From: Macrostomum lignano
Lineage: Eukaryota
Assembly: GCA_002269645.1 (NCBI GenBank)
Contig: NIVC01003724.1
Location: 16,533-80,532, forward strand
Direction of reading: 5' to 3'
DNA length: 64,000 bases
Shown: positions 13,001 through 25,242 of the stretch, piece after piece
Layout: each line of letters opens with the position of its first letter
Position numbering within the stretch: the stretch's first letter is position 1
Notes under the pieces: generated by a model
What the model saw: only the letters and a program-made list of their open reading frames with translations
What the model was told of the DNA's origin: nothing
The model's database searches: none
Program-made: the position numbers and the translations under genes

Positions 13001-14203
13001 ACTGTGAACTCGGGATTTGATAAGGAAAGAAGCTACCGGCCTCCAAAAATAACTCGGATCCCAATCCAAACCTAAGTGCCACCCCTAAAAATAGGAGACC
13101 AAAAATTGGAAGCTATTTCAAGATAAAGTCGGCAAAAGTCGATTCCGTGCATAGCCCGAAAATTGGCCCAGCGGTTGTGCGATTCACACCCCATGAGGGC
13201 CAACCCCCAAGGCACAAGAATGAGAAAGTCAAGCGCCACTGTACACCTTCTATGAGCGTATGCTTTGGCATCAATCAAAGACTTCATTTAAGCCACGGCT
13301 TAACCAAAACTCTCTCTTTGATCTACTTTTGGCTTGGCCTACCAACAACTCCCAATCTCAGCAATTACGAGCTAACCCCATGAGCCACAGCATCTTAGCA
13401 AAAAACCCCACGAGCCACAGCATCTCAGCAAAAAACCCCACGAGCCACAGCATCTTAGCAATTAACCCCACGAGCCACAGCATCTTAGCAATTAACCCCA
13501 CGAGCCACAGCATCCCAGCAATTAACCCCACGAGCCACAGCATCCCAGCAAAAAACCCCACGAGCCACAGCATCTTAGCAATTAACCCCACGAGCCACAG
13601 CATCTTAGCAATTAACCCCACGAGCCACAGCATCTTAGCAATTAACCCCATGATCCACAGCATCTCAGCAATTAACCCCACGAGCCACAGCATCTTAGCA
13701 ATTAACCCCACGAGCCACAGCATCTTAGCAAAAAACCCCACGAGCCACAGCATCTCAGCAAAAAACCCCACGAGCCACAGCATCTTAGCAAAAAACCCCA
13801 CGAGCCACAGCATCTCAGCAAAAACCCCACGAGCCGCAGCATCTCAGCAAAAACCCCACGAGCCGCAGCATCTTAGCAATTAACCCCACGAGCCACAGCA
13901 TCTCAGCAAAAACCCCACGAGCCGCAGCATCTTAGCAATTAACCCCAGGAGCCACAGCATCTCAGCAAAAAACCCGGGAGCATTGACATCTCACCATTTT
14001 GAGTGGTGAAATCTGGGTCTTCTGTTGGCACACCCCCTGCATAGTAACAATAAGATGGCTCGAGAACCGCGGCTATCGACCCCTGGTACTCACTCAACGC
14101 AGGCCTGATAATCAAATGTCCAGTTGAGAAAGCCGCACTGCTTGATGGTGACATCGCGGCCAAGACTGTAGAGTTCAATAGGTGAGGAGTTGCGCCACTC
14201 CAT
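1590..14203 (-). CDS. Multi-exon orphan 7-TM membrane protein (tentatively GPR137/THH1-TOM1-like)
   Basis: Manual model with GT-AG sites and matching phases: 14203-14094 (MEWRNSS...YQACV, phase 2), 11837-11407 (four hydrophobic helices, phase 1), optional symmetric 66-nt exon 6733-6668, 5895-5691 ([22 protein letters not shown], phase 2), 3464-3209 ([18 protein letters not shown]...[22 protein letters not shown], phase 0). The last exon lies in 1590-1889, frame unresolved. Seven helices and N-terminal NSS/NWT sequons. The family call rests only on the HLLP/ELLP TM7 resemblance. Confidence 0.65.
1960..2715. repeat. 28-bp minisatellite CAGCAACTGAGGATCTGGGAGGCTGGCC
   Basis: Tandem units with no spacers and occasional 3-bp GGT insertions. 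Confidence 0.95.
3510..3970. repeat. (GATCCCA/GGATCCCA)n 7-8-bp repeat
   Basis: Directly visible. Confidence 0.95.
4570..4985. repeat. G-rich GGGATTCTGGGATTTTGGATT repeat
   Basis: Directly visible, unit about 21 bp. Confidence 0.9.
5485..5665. repeat. Degenerate ~24-bp repeat (AGCAACAGTCTTTGT core)
   Basis: About 7 diverged units just inside the intron after the 5691 donor. Confidence 0.75.
5920..6610. repeat. 19-bp minisatellite CCATAGAGTGAAAAGTCTA
   Basis: Directly visible. Confidence 0.95.
7165..7592. repeat. 31-bp minisatellite GGGTCAAGGCCTCCCTTACAGACACAACACT
   Basis: Directly visible, with shorter deletion variants. Confidence 0.95.
8195..9185. repeat. 13-bp purine-rich repeat GAGAGGCAGAGAT
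   Basis: Directly visible. Confidence 0.95.
9600..10172. repeat. (TCTG)n microsatellite
   Basis: Directly visible. Confidence 0.98.
10730..11348. repeat. 21-bp minisatellite GAGTGACAAGAATGAACCCAG
   Basis: Directly visible; the core 11100-11345 is near-perfect. Confidence 0.95.
12150..12640. repeat. 24-bp (CCACCCCGGTGAGGACAGGGGTGC) then related 19-bp (GCTCACCCGGAACAGGGAT) minisatellites
   Basis: Two adjacent related arrays, directly visible. Confidence 0.9.
13375..13978. repeat. 30-bp minisatellite CCCCACGAGCCACAGCATCTTAGCAATTAA
   Basis: Directly visible. Confidence 0.95.
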
Positions 14204-17200
14204 TCTGGTTAAACTTTTTTATTGACGTGCCTCTGTTTACTTTTCTAGCCAATTGTTGTCAAGGACGCTTACTAGGATGCAGGAATGCGAGTAAAAAGCA
14301 TCATCCATATTTACTCATAACTTAATCATGCTTGTTGGACCCTATTTTTACAAGCACAAAATTTTACACGGTGAAAAGTTTATTGTTTTCATTTAGTCGT
14401 CTTACTTTCTCATCGCCTGAAGAAGTTTTGAGCTTGAAATTGGTGACTGACACTTTATGATTAATTGTAGAAGGTATGAAAAAGTTGGAATTTTTGGGGC
14501 TGCAGACCTAGACAGAGTTCGCTAGTCATGTCTCAGTACCCGATCGAGACAAAATATTAATAACTTTACACCAAGAATGCACTTTTTAAGCCAGAAAGAA
14601 GCCGAACATTTTAGATTGCAGCACGTTTATTAGACATTGAACAACTTTCTGACAAGTCAATTCTGTTTAAAAATCTACATCTTAAAGTCAGCAAATAGCG
14701 TGCCTCTCTGGCGCACCAAAACACGTATTTTTACGCATCAAATATAGTGCATAAGTACAAAAATGCAGCAATGCAACTTAAACAATAGAGGGAAGCAGGC
14801 AGGCTCACCACTGCTCTGCCAGCTCATAATTAGCTGCATGAGACGCATTCTGTTCTGCTGTCAACTCCGTTCCCCCACACTTTAATTAGCAAGCAACAAG
14901 CTCAGCAAAGCGAAAGAAGGTATTCATCTAGCCGTTGTTTTGCGGGAATTTAGCAACAATAAGATGGCCAAAAACGCTGCATTCAGCACTAGTTGGGGAA
15001 ACGTGATTAAAAATATATATATCTGCTGCATAATGGCTAACTGCAGATCGCAGAGCAGCACAGGGAAGCGCATAATTACAGACAATTCGGATGACAATAA
15101 GAAAGACTGGACGACAGGTGTTACTAGCCTCGTGAATAGAAAGAAAATGGAGTGTAGCTACAGAAGACAGTGAGAGAGTCGGAGCAAGTCTTCCTTTTCC
15201 GTTGCGTCTGAAATTCCTAGAAAAGAAGTTGAAGAAACTACACAGACATTTTTCTCCCATTAGCGGTCGTGTAGTGCCGCCCAGTCCGCCAGTCTGCCAA
15301 GCACTGTCAATTGCAGGAATTCGTCAACCCAGACGGGAGCTTTACCGACCAAAATTAAGATGCTTGCATAATCCCAGCCATGCACGGGTATTACTTAGGC
15401 ATACAATGCACGATGCTGAAATTTGCTCTACACGGGAAAAAATTGATTTATCAAGAGCGCGGACTCGCACTTAATCTAATAGCGAAATTCTCGCTCAACC
15501 CGATGCCAACCAAAATCCCGGGAGCTCTTCAGTTCTGTCTCAACTAAAAACTTCTCCCTCTCACTCTGTCTAAAGGCTATACTCATAGTATACTCATTTG
15601 AATACTTTGCTGAAGTTTTGCGAGCAAGTTGGCAATGAAGTGGGCGAAGCAGACGGAGGGTGAGAGGCTGAGAGAGGGTAAAGTAAGTAAAAGATTTGAA
15701 GTGAGCCAGGGCTAATTAAACTTGGCGACTACATCATTCTGTTGGGAGAAATCGATCCTGAGAGGCAACAGCTCTACCACCTAGGGATCCCGGTTTCCTG
15801 GAGAAAGACGGGTGACATTTCTTCTTTAGCAATCCTGCTCAACTCTCAAATCGTACGAAACAACTTATAGCTGCCAGCAGAGGAAAAAAACGTGGCAGAC
15901 CTTAAATGATTGACACGGTCAAATTTTGCCCCGCTGCACACCTACACACAGCTGACTTTGCAGTGCTTAAATATACCAGAATTTAAAGTTCTCTTCTTCC
16001 CAGAATAGCTAAAAAGTTTAATTTCAACAATGCACATCATGAGAGGCCGTACCAGCACCCAGCTGTACCTTAAAAGCATTTTATTTTGGCAAGTTAACCA
16101 GAATAGAGTCCAGCTGTAATGCGTTGATTTAATAATGCACTTTAAATAGCAAAAGTCTCGCATGCGCAGAAAAACATTCAAGCGGATTACGAGCGTATTA
16201 AAAGCGAAACAAATTTTATTGAGTCGTTATTTTATCCAAGTCTTTAAAATCCACAACCAACTGGCTTGTATTAGGCATTTGAAAGCATCGAGCTTTTGAT
16301 AAGACATGCCCCGAAGACACCCAATCAATATCCCGAACTAATTAGTGCACAAAAGCGTGCCTCATGTTCGGAGTAGCGTAAACCAGGGCCGTAAGAAACA
16401 GCCAAAAAAGAAAACTAAGCGTTTCCCACGCGCTTCAATAAGGGGTAACCTCTTTTATAGCATTTCTGCTTCAGCAAGTCCGACGCGAAGCGGATAAAAG
16501 AAGCAGTCAGAAAGGGTCTGCAATAGCTGGCAGGAGGCTGAGTGGGCGACCCAACTTGTTTAGACAGGCTGCACTATTGGATGTCCCGACCAGAGCCCAG
16601 AAGTGAGTGCACCGAAGAGAGAAAAACCCCAAGGACAGAGAAAAAAGTTTGATGAGACAAAAAATCAATTCCCCTTAAAGCAGAGCCAGCTAAGAATAAA
16701 GAAAGGGAGATAAAAAGGGGGTGCCGACTCTCTGGAGACGGGGGCGGAGGATTTGGGATCAGCAGATGAAGAGGGGATCAGCGCTAATGAAATCTTGAGC
16801 GGCTTTCTGGCAAGAAAAGAATGTGTGTAGCAAAATAATTCTCCCGGGATGAGATGAGCCTTATTGACCGCAATGGAAAATGATTCAGTCAGAAAAGAAA
16901 AATGCTTTGAAGGCCTACCATTACTAATATGTAGACTAGGACCCAAGCTACCTATACTAAGTATATATTTTATCCACAGACACACTAAACCTTTTTCTTC
17001 CATACTATATTTGCTAAAAGCCTATTGTATATTTTCAGTCTTAAGCTGACACGAAGACTGCATAATCGAGTACATACAAATTTACAATCTCTAACACGAA
17101 ATCTCAAGATTATCGGAATCAAGAAATCAAGAAAGAAATAAATAGATATCGGAATCACTATTTATACAGCAGAGGCCTGTCTGGCGGTGGAATCAAAGAT

Positions 17201-17663
17201 AGGAAAATAACTGTTGCACTAGAACAAAACACATAGCGGCAGGTTGGCAAGGCTACTAGTTCAATCTGGCAATGCGAAAGCCTAAAGAAAAAGTGCAAGC
17301 AAGCAAACTAACTAACTACACCTCCAGTTGCGGTGACTGCGGAAGGCTTCATTTTTTACGTAGATTCTTCTTCCAGAGAAACAGGAGAGCCGACCGACGT
17401 CATGATTGGGAGGAGTGGCAAGAGAAGGACAGCAAAAGAAAGGGAGACTGACGGTCTCTGGGTCGAAGCTAAAAACACCGTGCAGCCAATAAGAAACGTT
17501 CTTAGGTCTCTCCTCACTCCATCGCCTTATTTCTCTCCCAAGAAGATGGAGAGAAAATGCATAAAAAGTTTCTTTCCTGCAAGGGAGGAAGTAACACGCC
17601 TGAGGATCGGACACTCATTTAAAAACGGTGACAAATTTTAAATTTCCAACTACTGCAGCAAAG

Positions 17664-19031
17664 ATGAACGTGACGGACATGGAGAACGTAACGGAGCTGA
17701 TGTTATTGTCTAAACCGAAGGATCCGCAGAGGCGGGAGCCGGCAGCCAAACTAATGTTGGTATTTGCCTATCAATACATCTTCTCTTGGCTGGTGCCATT
17801 CCAATACTTGGCCGGATGCACAGGCACTTTGCTGTGTATCATTGTTTTAGTGCGACGGCACAGCACCCAGAAAGAGGTACGATCCTGGTTTATAGCGCTG
17901 AGCGTCATGGACATCTACGTGATGACAATCGGCTTGCCTATAATGTACACCAATATAATGCAGTTGCTGACAGCACTAAATCTTAATAAAACGGAGCCGG
18001 AGAACGGCACATACAGCGGACAACAGGTATCTACACAAGTATATACACCATACGACCCGCGCACCTGGAGCAAATTGAATTGCTACATCATTTCAATACT
18101 GCAGTCCTACGGCCTTCTCGGCTCCAGCTGGGTTCAAGTCGGCATCTCTCTGCTGCGCTGCATATCAACGGTAATACCATTGAGCTCGCGCAGTCACATT
18201 AACGCCAGCAATTCGCGTAGGGCCCTCTGCACTACGCTGTTAGTCACGCTGGCGGTGTCGATAATCATTGTCATAACAACAGTCGACTATACCCCGATAA
18301 ATAACCAATGGACATGCGGTCAGACTAGAAAATCGCCTTATCTATTCTACAGCATATTTGTGCTGCGCGTGTTTCTGCCATCAGTGTGTCTGATTGTTAG
18401 CACGTCGGTCATTCTCTACAGTCTGCACAAATTCAAGCGCGCCTTTCACACCGAGGCAAGACGGCGCACGCTGCAGCAGCGCCGCATCTCGCTCATACTG
18501 ATCGGCATGAACATCAGCTTCCTACTGTTTGCTCTACCATATGAGATCCACTTAATCTACGGCTTCATCATAAAAGATTATCTAATCAGCAAAAACATGG
18601 TGACTCAAAGCATCGAGAAGATTCTACAGCAAGTTTTCGCTATACTAATGTACACAAACAACGCGACCAATTGGATCTTTTATTTTGTGCTAGGCAAGCG
18701 GTTTCGCCAAGAAATGCGCTACTGCCTGACCTGCAACAGGAACCGGGTCAGCAAGACGGTACACTACCGGTTCCACCTGGCTCCCAGGGCCGCCGCGGAG
18801 CGGACGCCTGGAGACGAGCTTGACAAACGCGTCTGCCTCGGCGAGAATCTTTGCACTAGCAACCGCAACCGGCAGGTGTCCAGCAGCCAATCGGGGGCTA
18901 ATGAGATGCTCGAGCTGCAGCCGCTGCAGGACAGTCCGATCGGCGAGACTAGGAAAGTGCACAGCTACGAGACGACAAGGTGTCACGCTAACCACCGCGT
19001 CTGCCACGTCCACTTCAAAACTTCAGTCTGA
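17664..19031 (+). CDS. Intronless rhodopsin-class (class A) GPCR, peptide-receptor-like
   Basis: First ATG at 17664 (MNVTDMENVT, two sequons). Seven hydrophobic segments. TM2 LSVMD, TM3 SLLRCISTVIP, TM5 FLP, TM6 FLLFALPY, TM7 TNNATNWIFYFVLGKRFR. Confidence 0.92.
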   Translation: MNVTDMENVTELMLLSKPKDPQRREPAAKLMLVFAYQYIFSWLVPFQYLAGCTGTLLCIIVLVRRHSTQKEVRSWFIALSVMDIYVMTIGLPIMYTNIMQLLTALNLNKTEPENGTYSGQQVSTQVYTPYDPRTWSKLNCYIISILQSYGLLGSSWVQVGISLLRCISTVIPLSSRSHINASNSRRALCTTLLVTLAVSIIIVITTVDYTPINNQWTCGQTRKSPYLFYSIFVLRVFLPSVCLIVSTSVILYSLHKFKRAFHTEARRRTLQQRRISLILIGMNISFLLFALPYEIHLIYGFIIKDYLISKNMVTQSIEKILQQVFAILMYTNNATNWIFYFVLGKRFRQEMRYCLTCNRNRVSKTVHYRFHLAPRAAAERTPGDELDKRVCLGENLCTSNRNRQVSSSQSGANEMLELQPLQDSPIGETRKVHSYETTRCHANHRVCHVHFKTSV

Positions 19032-20299
19032 TTGACAAGCTTTACCTTTGACAGTTCAGCGTCCTCTTCGATCATTTATTAACATTCCTTGCGTTCCTAA
19101 ACTGAAAAGCAAACATATTTTGAGCTGACATCTCTATTTAATAGCCAGTCATTCTATTTTGGAATTCAGTGTATTTGTCCAACACGATTATAAGCACAGT
19201 TTTGTTAATTTTACTTTTTCAACTATTTGCGTTTCCCTGCCCAGCACATGCACCAAAATGAAAAATACCAATACCATGGCATTGCCTATAGTACTGAATA
19301 TTGACTACTTATCGTACAGACAGACAGAAACAGCGCTAAATGAATATTTATCTGATACAACACGGTGGTGTATATATAAATTATTGTTTTAAATAGACAA
19401 GAATATAAGTTTTTTTTTCGTTTTAGACCTGCCCATTCATGAAAATTAACTGCTTTAACTTGAAATTGAGTATTGTACGTTTGTATTTTACTGCGAAGAT
19501 TTTAAAGCCAATTTTACTTAGTTCCACTTCTAATCTCTAGCTTGGAGTTATTAATCCTCAACGCCTTGTGGCTTAATTTCTTTACCTCGGGGTTCTTTGA
19601 CCATTGATTTCACCTCTGGGGAAGAGAAATCTCAAAGCATGCAACAAAACATATAAGCATGGATTTGTTTGAAACAAAACAACTACGCTCATACTTACCT
19701 TGAAATTTTAAAGAAAGCTTTCGCATAAAAATAAGGTATTAAAGCTCGGTTCAATCTAAATTTAGAGACGACAGCATACAGGGAACGCCCTCAAAGCTAT
19801 TCAGCGCACGCGGAAGAGGTTCTAAGCAAGTGCAACCTGCTATCACGCAGGCCTTGTCAGTAATGCAGAGAAGGGCTTAAAAGCGATGGAAGACAAACAA
19901 CTGAGCTTTACCCACAGGCGCCTGTTATCAAAACATGGGTAAGCATTCTTTCTGGTACTAATTAGCTCTAGTCCCAGTAGCAGGCAGCAGCTCTAAGTGT
20001 GACGATAATCTGCTGCAGCGAGGACAGGTAACAAGAGCTTATCTGATTGGCGAGTGCCGACTTCGGGTACATTAGTCAGCGAAAAAGGCATTTTCAGCGG
20101 TCGCGAGAGTCCACAAGATAAGAAAAGTGGCAACAATGTAAATTAAATAGAACGCAAGAAGCCGCAACTTAGGTGAGAACACTCAAGAATAATAAAGCTG
20201 GACGAGTCAGCAGCATTCCAGAGTGATTATGACCTTATAAATCAAATAATAAATAATAGCACGCCACTGGCAACAAGCTGGAGCGCGCCGTACTCGACA

Positions 20300-22210
20300 G
20301 TGCATACGCGCTCTCGGTTTTTTCGACATCGATGTCGGTGCGTTCGATAATATGCTTTGAGAAGCCTTCAAGCGTACCCTGGAATCCTAGGCCACGCACG
20401 AGCACCTCACCCGCCGGATCATGTACATGGTCAGCAATCGGACTGCCACCTCGCCCCTCCTCGGACACTCCCCGCTCTGTAGAAGTCCAGAAAGGTGGAC
20501 CGCAAGGTGGAGTCCTCGTCCTCAGCCCGATTCTTTAGAACTTGGTCATGGACGAGCTGCTGCTCATCAGCCGAAATCCAGATCCGGTACAGAAGGTCGG
20601 CTATGCGGGCGAAGTTACCGCTACTGTCGCTGGACAATCACCCGCGGTCCTAAGAGACCTCCTTCAAGCTCTCATACGCCTTGCCAAACGCTGGGCTCAC
20701 AGCTGCTGTCTCAAGCTCTCTGAGTCTAAAATCTTGGTTGTCATTTATCAGCCGCCGAAACTGGAGAATCGAACTGCTGTCCTTCTATGGCAAACCTGTC
20801 ACCATGGAGAAACAAACCAAATGCCTAGGCATCAGCCTTGAGCCTTGACCATAGGTTGGGTTGGACTCCACATTTTCAAACCAAAGTCCGTAAAGCTCTC
20901 GCGACTCTTGCGCAGATTCGCAGAGCTTTCGGTGCTGGCAGGGCCTCATCCTCGCCGCCTCTGTCATTGTGAGACTGCCCATCTCGTTTGTCGGTTTCAT
21001 TTGAAAAAGCGCCCTGGAGGTGAAAGAACTTCTTGAAGCTCTCGAGGGGGTGCAAAAGCCGCGCTTGTCGAGCCATCATGAGCGCGACTCCTTAGTCCTT
21101 CCACTCCCTTTGCTGGTATGAACTCCTTCCTGGACCTTCCATCCTTGACCTCTTTGTCGGAGGGGAAGCAATGAAGATCACCTGCCGTCTGGGGCATCTC
21201 CATCAAGAAGCAGTTCGCTTTCATAAAGCGGAACCTCCAGACGCACAGCGATCTCAGCCTGCGAGACCTGGAAGCAGCAGGAGGTTTGCTGACCCTCTCG
21301 GACGGAATCCCATCTACGCGCTCTGCCCTCCGCTTAAATTCAAAACCACACCATATCTACTTCCACCACATCACGAAGCAAGGGACAACAGAAACCCCGT
21401 GAAATTCACTGCGTCACTGACAGGTCCCAAATCAACTCGCCTCTGACTACGGCTACTGAATCGGGTCTGGAGGAAGAACTGTGGCGACCTCCCAGCACAC
21501 TGGCACTTGCTCTCCCGTCTTCCAAAACGAAGTTCTCGCCATCAGCTTCTGTGCCATAGAGTTGTACAATCAGCGAGTCTGGGGGAAATCAGTCTTCACT
21601 CAGACAATCAAGCCGTGATCCACACCCTTAAGCGTCCTCGACCGCATCGCGCAGAAAAATCGCTTAGGCACCCCCAACAAGGCGTCTCTAAGCTGGAGGT
21701 GGATCCCCGAGCACTCGGGCCACTCCAAAAACGATTTGGCCGATTGCCTGGCTCAACTGGATCTTTTACTGGCCCTCTACATGTGGCTCCCAACCCAACC
21801 GCCGTTGTCACCACTTGGATCAACCAGTGGTTGGCTTCAAAGCACAGGGAGAGGTAGGCTAACACCCAACTGCCATAAATCCCACGCAGCCGTCTCATGT
21901 CCTTCCCCCACCTTCTGCAGGGCCCTGCTTGGATTCAACTGCAGGGACATCAAGGCAGTGATCATGGCCTTCTCGGGACATGGCTAGAAGCATCGTCATC
22001 TCCAGGGAGAAATCTGCAGTGAGGAATGCCCATTCTACCTCTTCAGTGTTGAGAATGCGGAGCACTTTATATCTTTGAATGCCACGCATTTACTTAGGGC
22101 AGGCCCACCTACCTGGCACTAAACTTTTATCTCTAAAATTTTCAGGCTTGAGAATTTCTGATGGCTTGTCTGCTGGCTAAGGGCTACTGGGCGAGCAACC
22201 ATCCTAATAA
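20300..22210 (+). mobile_element. 5'-truncated, frameshifted non-LTR retrotransposon with RNase H (R1/LOA/I-group-like)
   Basis: RT motif GGPQGGV-LSPIL / VMDELL, degenerate YADD (YAGE), RNase H-like ISLHSDNQAV, C-terminal ALLGFNCRDIKAVIMAFSGHG and a decayed Cys/His motif. Ends near AATAAA at about 22206. CpGs retained. Confidence 0.85.
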
Positions 22211-22433
22211 ACCCAATAAGATAAAAGATTATAAAAATAACCCAACAAGCTTACCTAATAAGCTACTCAGTTGAATAGAAAGTTGGACATCTATCTTTGC
22301 TGGGGTAAATATGCTATGCATGCTACTGACAAGTAGGAAGGAATAAAAATAATGCTTCTTACACATGAATTTCATTTCTATACAAATGTGTTATCAGTTA
22401 CTAATTAGCACTAGAAATGACAGAGACAAGATG

Positions 22434-24551
22434 GAAAATAAGAGCATGTACATATCACCATACCTTAATAAGAAATTAAAAGATATGCTAAAACTATAAT
22501 AACATTAAATATTATTCATTTTAAGCAAAATCTGAAGGTGCTTAATCATATTTATAGAAGTAAAGTAAAATAGCTTATAGTAGGCTTTAAAACTAGTACA
22601 AAAAGGAAGTTAAGAGCAAATACTATTATTTAATGCTTTATTTTGCTTTATCTATCATTATATTGGTATACATTTTTAGCAAAAAAACCAATTTATATTA
22701 GAAATGATAATAGGTTATAAATAAGTTAATTCATAGACTAAATGTGCTAGTGCTACTAACAATAATATTAATAGTTTTGTTGATAATTTTTGCTATAATA
22801 ATAACAAGTTTTTATCTTCTAAAAGTCATTAGTAATATTGAATATTTTTGTTTAATCTGCCAGTATTCAATAATAATATTGAAGTTCCATTTGCATATTT
22901 TAAACTGAAAATTAATATTTACATTTGTTTTAATCATAAGTACATCAAAATTACTACCAAAGTCTCTTGGGTAGTAAAAATATATGCAATCTAACTAGTG
23001 AGCCAATCAAATTGTTTTTATCTTCTTTTAACCTTTTTTAAACAATTTTTCAAATATTTAAAATCTCAAAGACAATGAATTTTTCAAACTAGGAAGTAAA
23101 AGGAAATCATACTTCCAAATATACTATTGATACACAGAATACTATGGAGATCAAAGTGAAATAAAATAGATCTTAGGAATATGCATACAATATTAAAAAG
23201 GCCATGACCCTCTAATCCAGGTAGCACCTAAGGACTAATAGTTAAATACTAAGACAACTAAAGACAATGCTTTTGCCATTAATGGAGTTAAGATTTTTGT
23301 TAATGGTGCCTAATATTACCTCTAGTATGACCATTCAATGTCACTATCCATTCAATGTCACTATCTTATGGCTTGTGCCAACTATGCCAGTTATGAGCTT
23401 AATAATTATTTTATCATTATTCTTAAATGCTATAACAATTGCTATTCAAAAATTTTTAAAATGCTATAAAACCATAAACAACTCTGATTTTTATGGTGAA
23501 AATAAGAGCATGTACATATCACCATACCTTAATAAGAAATTAAAAGATATGCTAAAACTATAATAACATTAAATATTATTCATTTTAAGCAAAATCTGAA
23601 GGTGCTTAATCATATTTATAGAAGTAAAGTAAAATAGCTTATAGTAGGCTTTAAAACTAGTACAAAAAGGAAGTTAAGAGCAAATACTATTATTTAATGC
23701 TTTATTTTGCTTTATCTATCATTATATTGGTATACATTTTTAGCAAAAAAACCAATTTATATTAGAAATGATAATAGGTTATAAATAAGTTAATTCATAG
23801 ACTAAATGTGCTAGTGCTACTAACAATAATATTAATAGTTTTGTTGATAATTTTTGCTATAATAATAACAAGTTTTTATCTTCTAAAAGTCATTAGTAAT
23901 ATTGAATATTTTTGTTTAATCTGCCAGTATTCAATAATAATATTGAAGTTCCATTTGCATATTTTAAACTGAAAATTAATATTTACATTTGTTTTAATCA
24001 TAAGTACATCAAAATTACTACCAAAGTCTCTTGGGTAGTAAAAATATATGCAATCTAACTAGTGAGCCAATCAAATTGTTTTTATCTTCTTTTAACCTTT
24101 TTTAAACAATTTTTCAAATATTTAAAATCTCAAAGACAATGAATTTTTCAAACTAGGAAGTAAAAGGAAATCATACTTCCAAATATACTATTGATACACA
24201 GAATACTATGGAGATCAAAGTGAAATAAAATAGATCTTAGGAATATGCATACAATATTAAAAAGGCCATGACCCTCTAATCCAGGTAGCACCTAAGGACT
24301 AATAGTTAAATACTAAGACAACTAAAGACAATGCTTTTGCCATTAATGGAGTTAAGATTTTTGTTAATGGTGCCTAATATTACCTCTAGTATGACCATTC
24401 AATGTCACTATCCATTCAATGTCACTATCTTATGGCTTGTGCCAACTATGCCAGTTATGAGCTTAATAATTATTTTATCATTATTCTTAAATGCTATAAC
24501 AATTGCTATTCAAAAATTTTTAAAATGCTATAAAACCATAAACAACTCTGA
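22434..24551. repeat. Direct tandem duplication of a 1054-bp AT-rich unit (22434-23487 and 23498-24551)
   Basis: Period 1064 bp; the copies look identical by eye; duplicate ORFs 23267.. and 24331... Confidence 0.95.
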
Positions 24552-24946
24552 AAAAACAACTGCAATCATATAATATTAATGCATTCTAAAGAATCTTCTA
24601 TTGAAGTTCTAACCCTACATTTCCATTTTTCTCTTTCTTATTTTTTCTCTTGCCTTTGCAATATAGTTGGCTTCTAAATTGCTCTTGTCATAGCCAGTAT
24701 TTAACTATTAATATAAATATTTTAGATATACTAATACCAATGTAAATTTATCAATTTTGTTAATAAAATACTAATTAACCTAGTAAAGCAACATAAAACA
24801 TGTCATTAAAAAATGTTTCCTTTTGCACTAGTCTTATTTATACTCATTAAACTAGCAATCTAGTGCCCTTTTTAGGATGCTTAATAAGCAAAGGATAAAA
24901 ATTATTTTAAAAAATTCTTTAAAATAAAATCTTATTTTCTTAAAAG

Positions 24947-25242
24947 CATACATGTGCAACCTCCAAAATTCGGTCAGCCGTGCGACTTAGTTTTAACAAA
25001 AATGCGACATAGTTTTTGGCCAAAAATGCGACTTACATATAAAAAAACCCGAAAGCAAAATTAACGCAACTTTGGGTAAACGGCAGGAGTAACTATGACT
25101 GTTTTATTAAGCTAAAATGCCTCGTCAGCTACTTAGTACTACTCCTCAGGTTTTTTTGGGTGGGCATTTTTGCGACTTCCTTGATTGGCCGCCAAATCGG
25201 TCGGCCGGATCGGCCGACTCGGCCGACTGTTGCGCATGTATG
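24947..25242 (+). mobile_element. MITE, TIR CATACATGYGCAAC, 8-bp TSD CTTAAAAG (P- or hAT-type)
   Basis: TIRs at both ends; TSD at 24939-24946 and 25243-25250. Confidence 0.9.

Noticed and set aside
824-13883. Many long ORFs (824, 1590-2774 repeat parts, 3479, 3573, 4574, 8168-9160, 9571, 10727-11365, 12020, 13260, 13358)
   Set aside because: They are translations of minisatellites that lack stop codons, are open in several frames and lie in introns.
19919-19936. Resemblance to the mitochondrial 16S primer site CGCCTGTTTATCAAAAACAT
   Set aside because: An 18-nt match with two deletions and no flanking rRNA-like sequence; not enough to call a NUMT.
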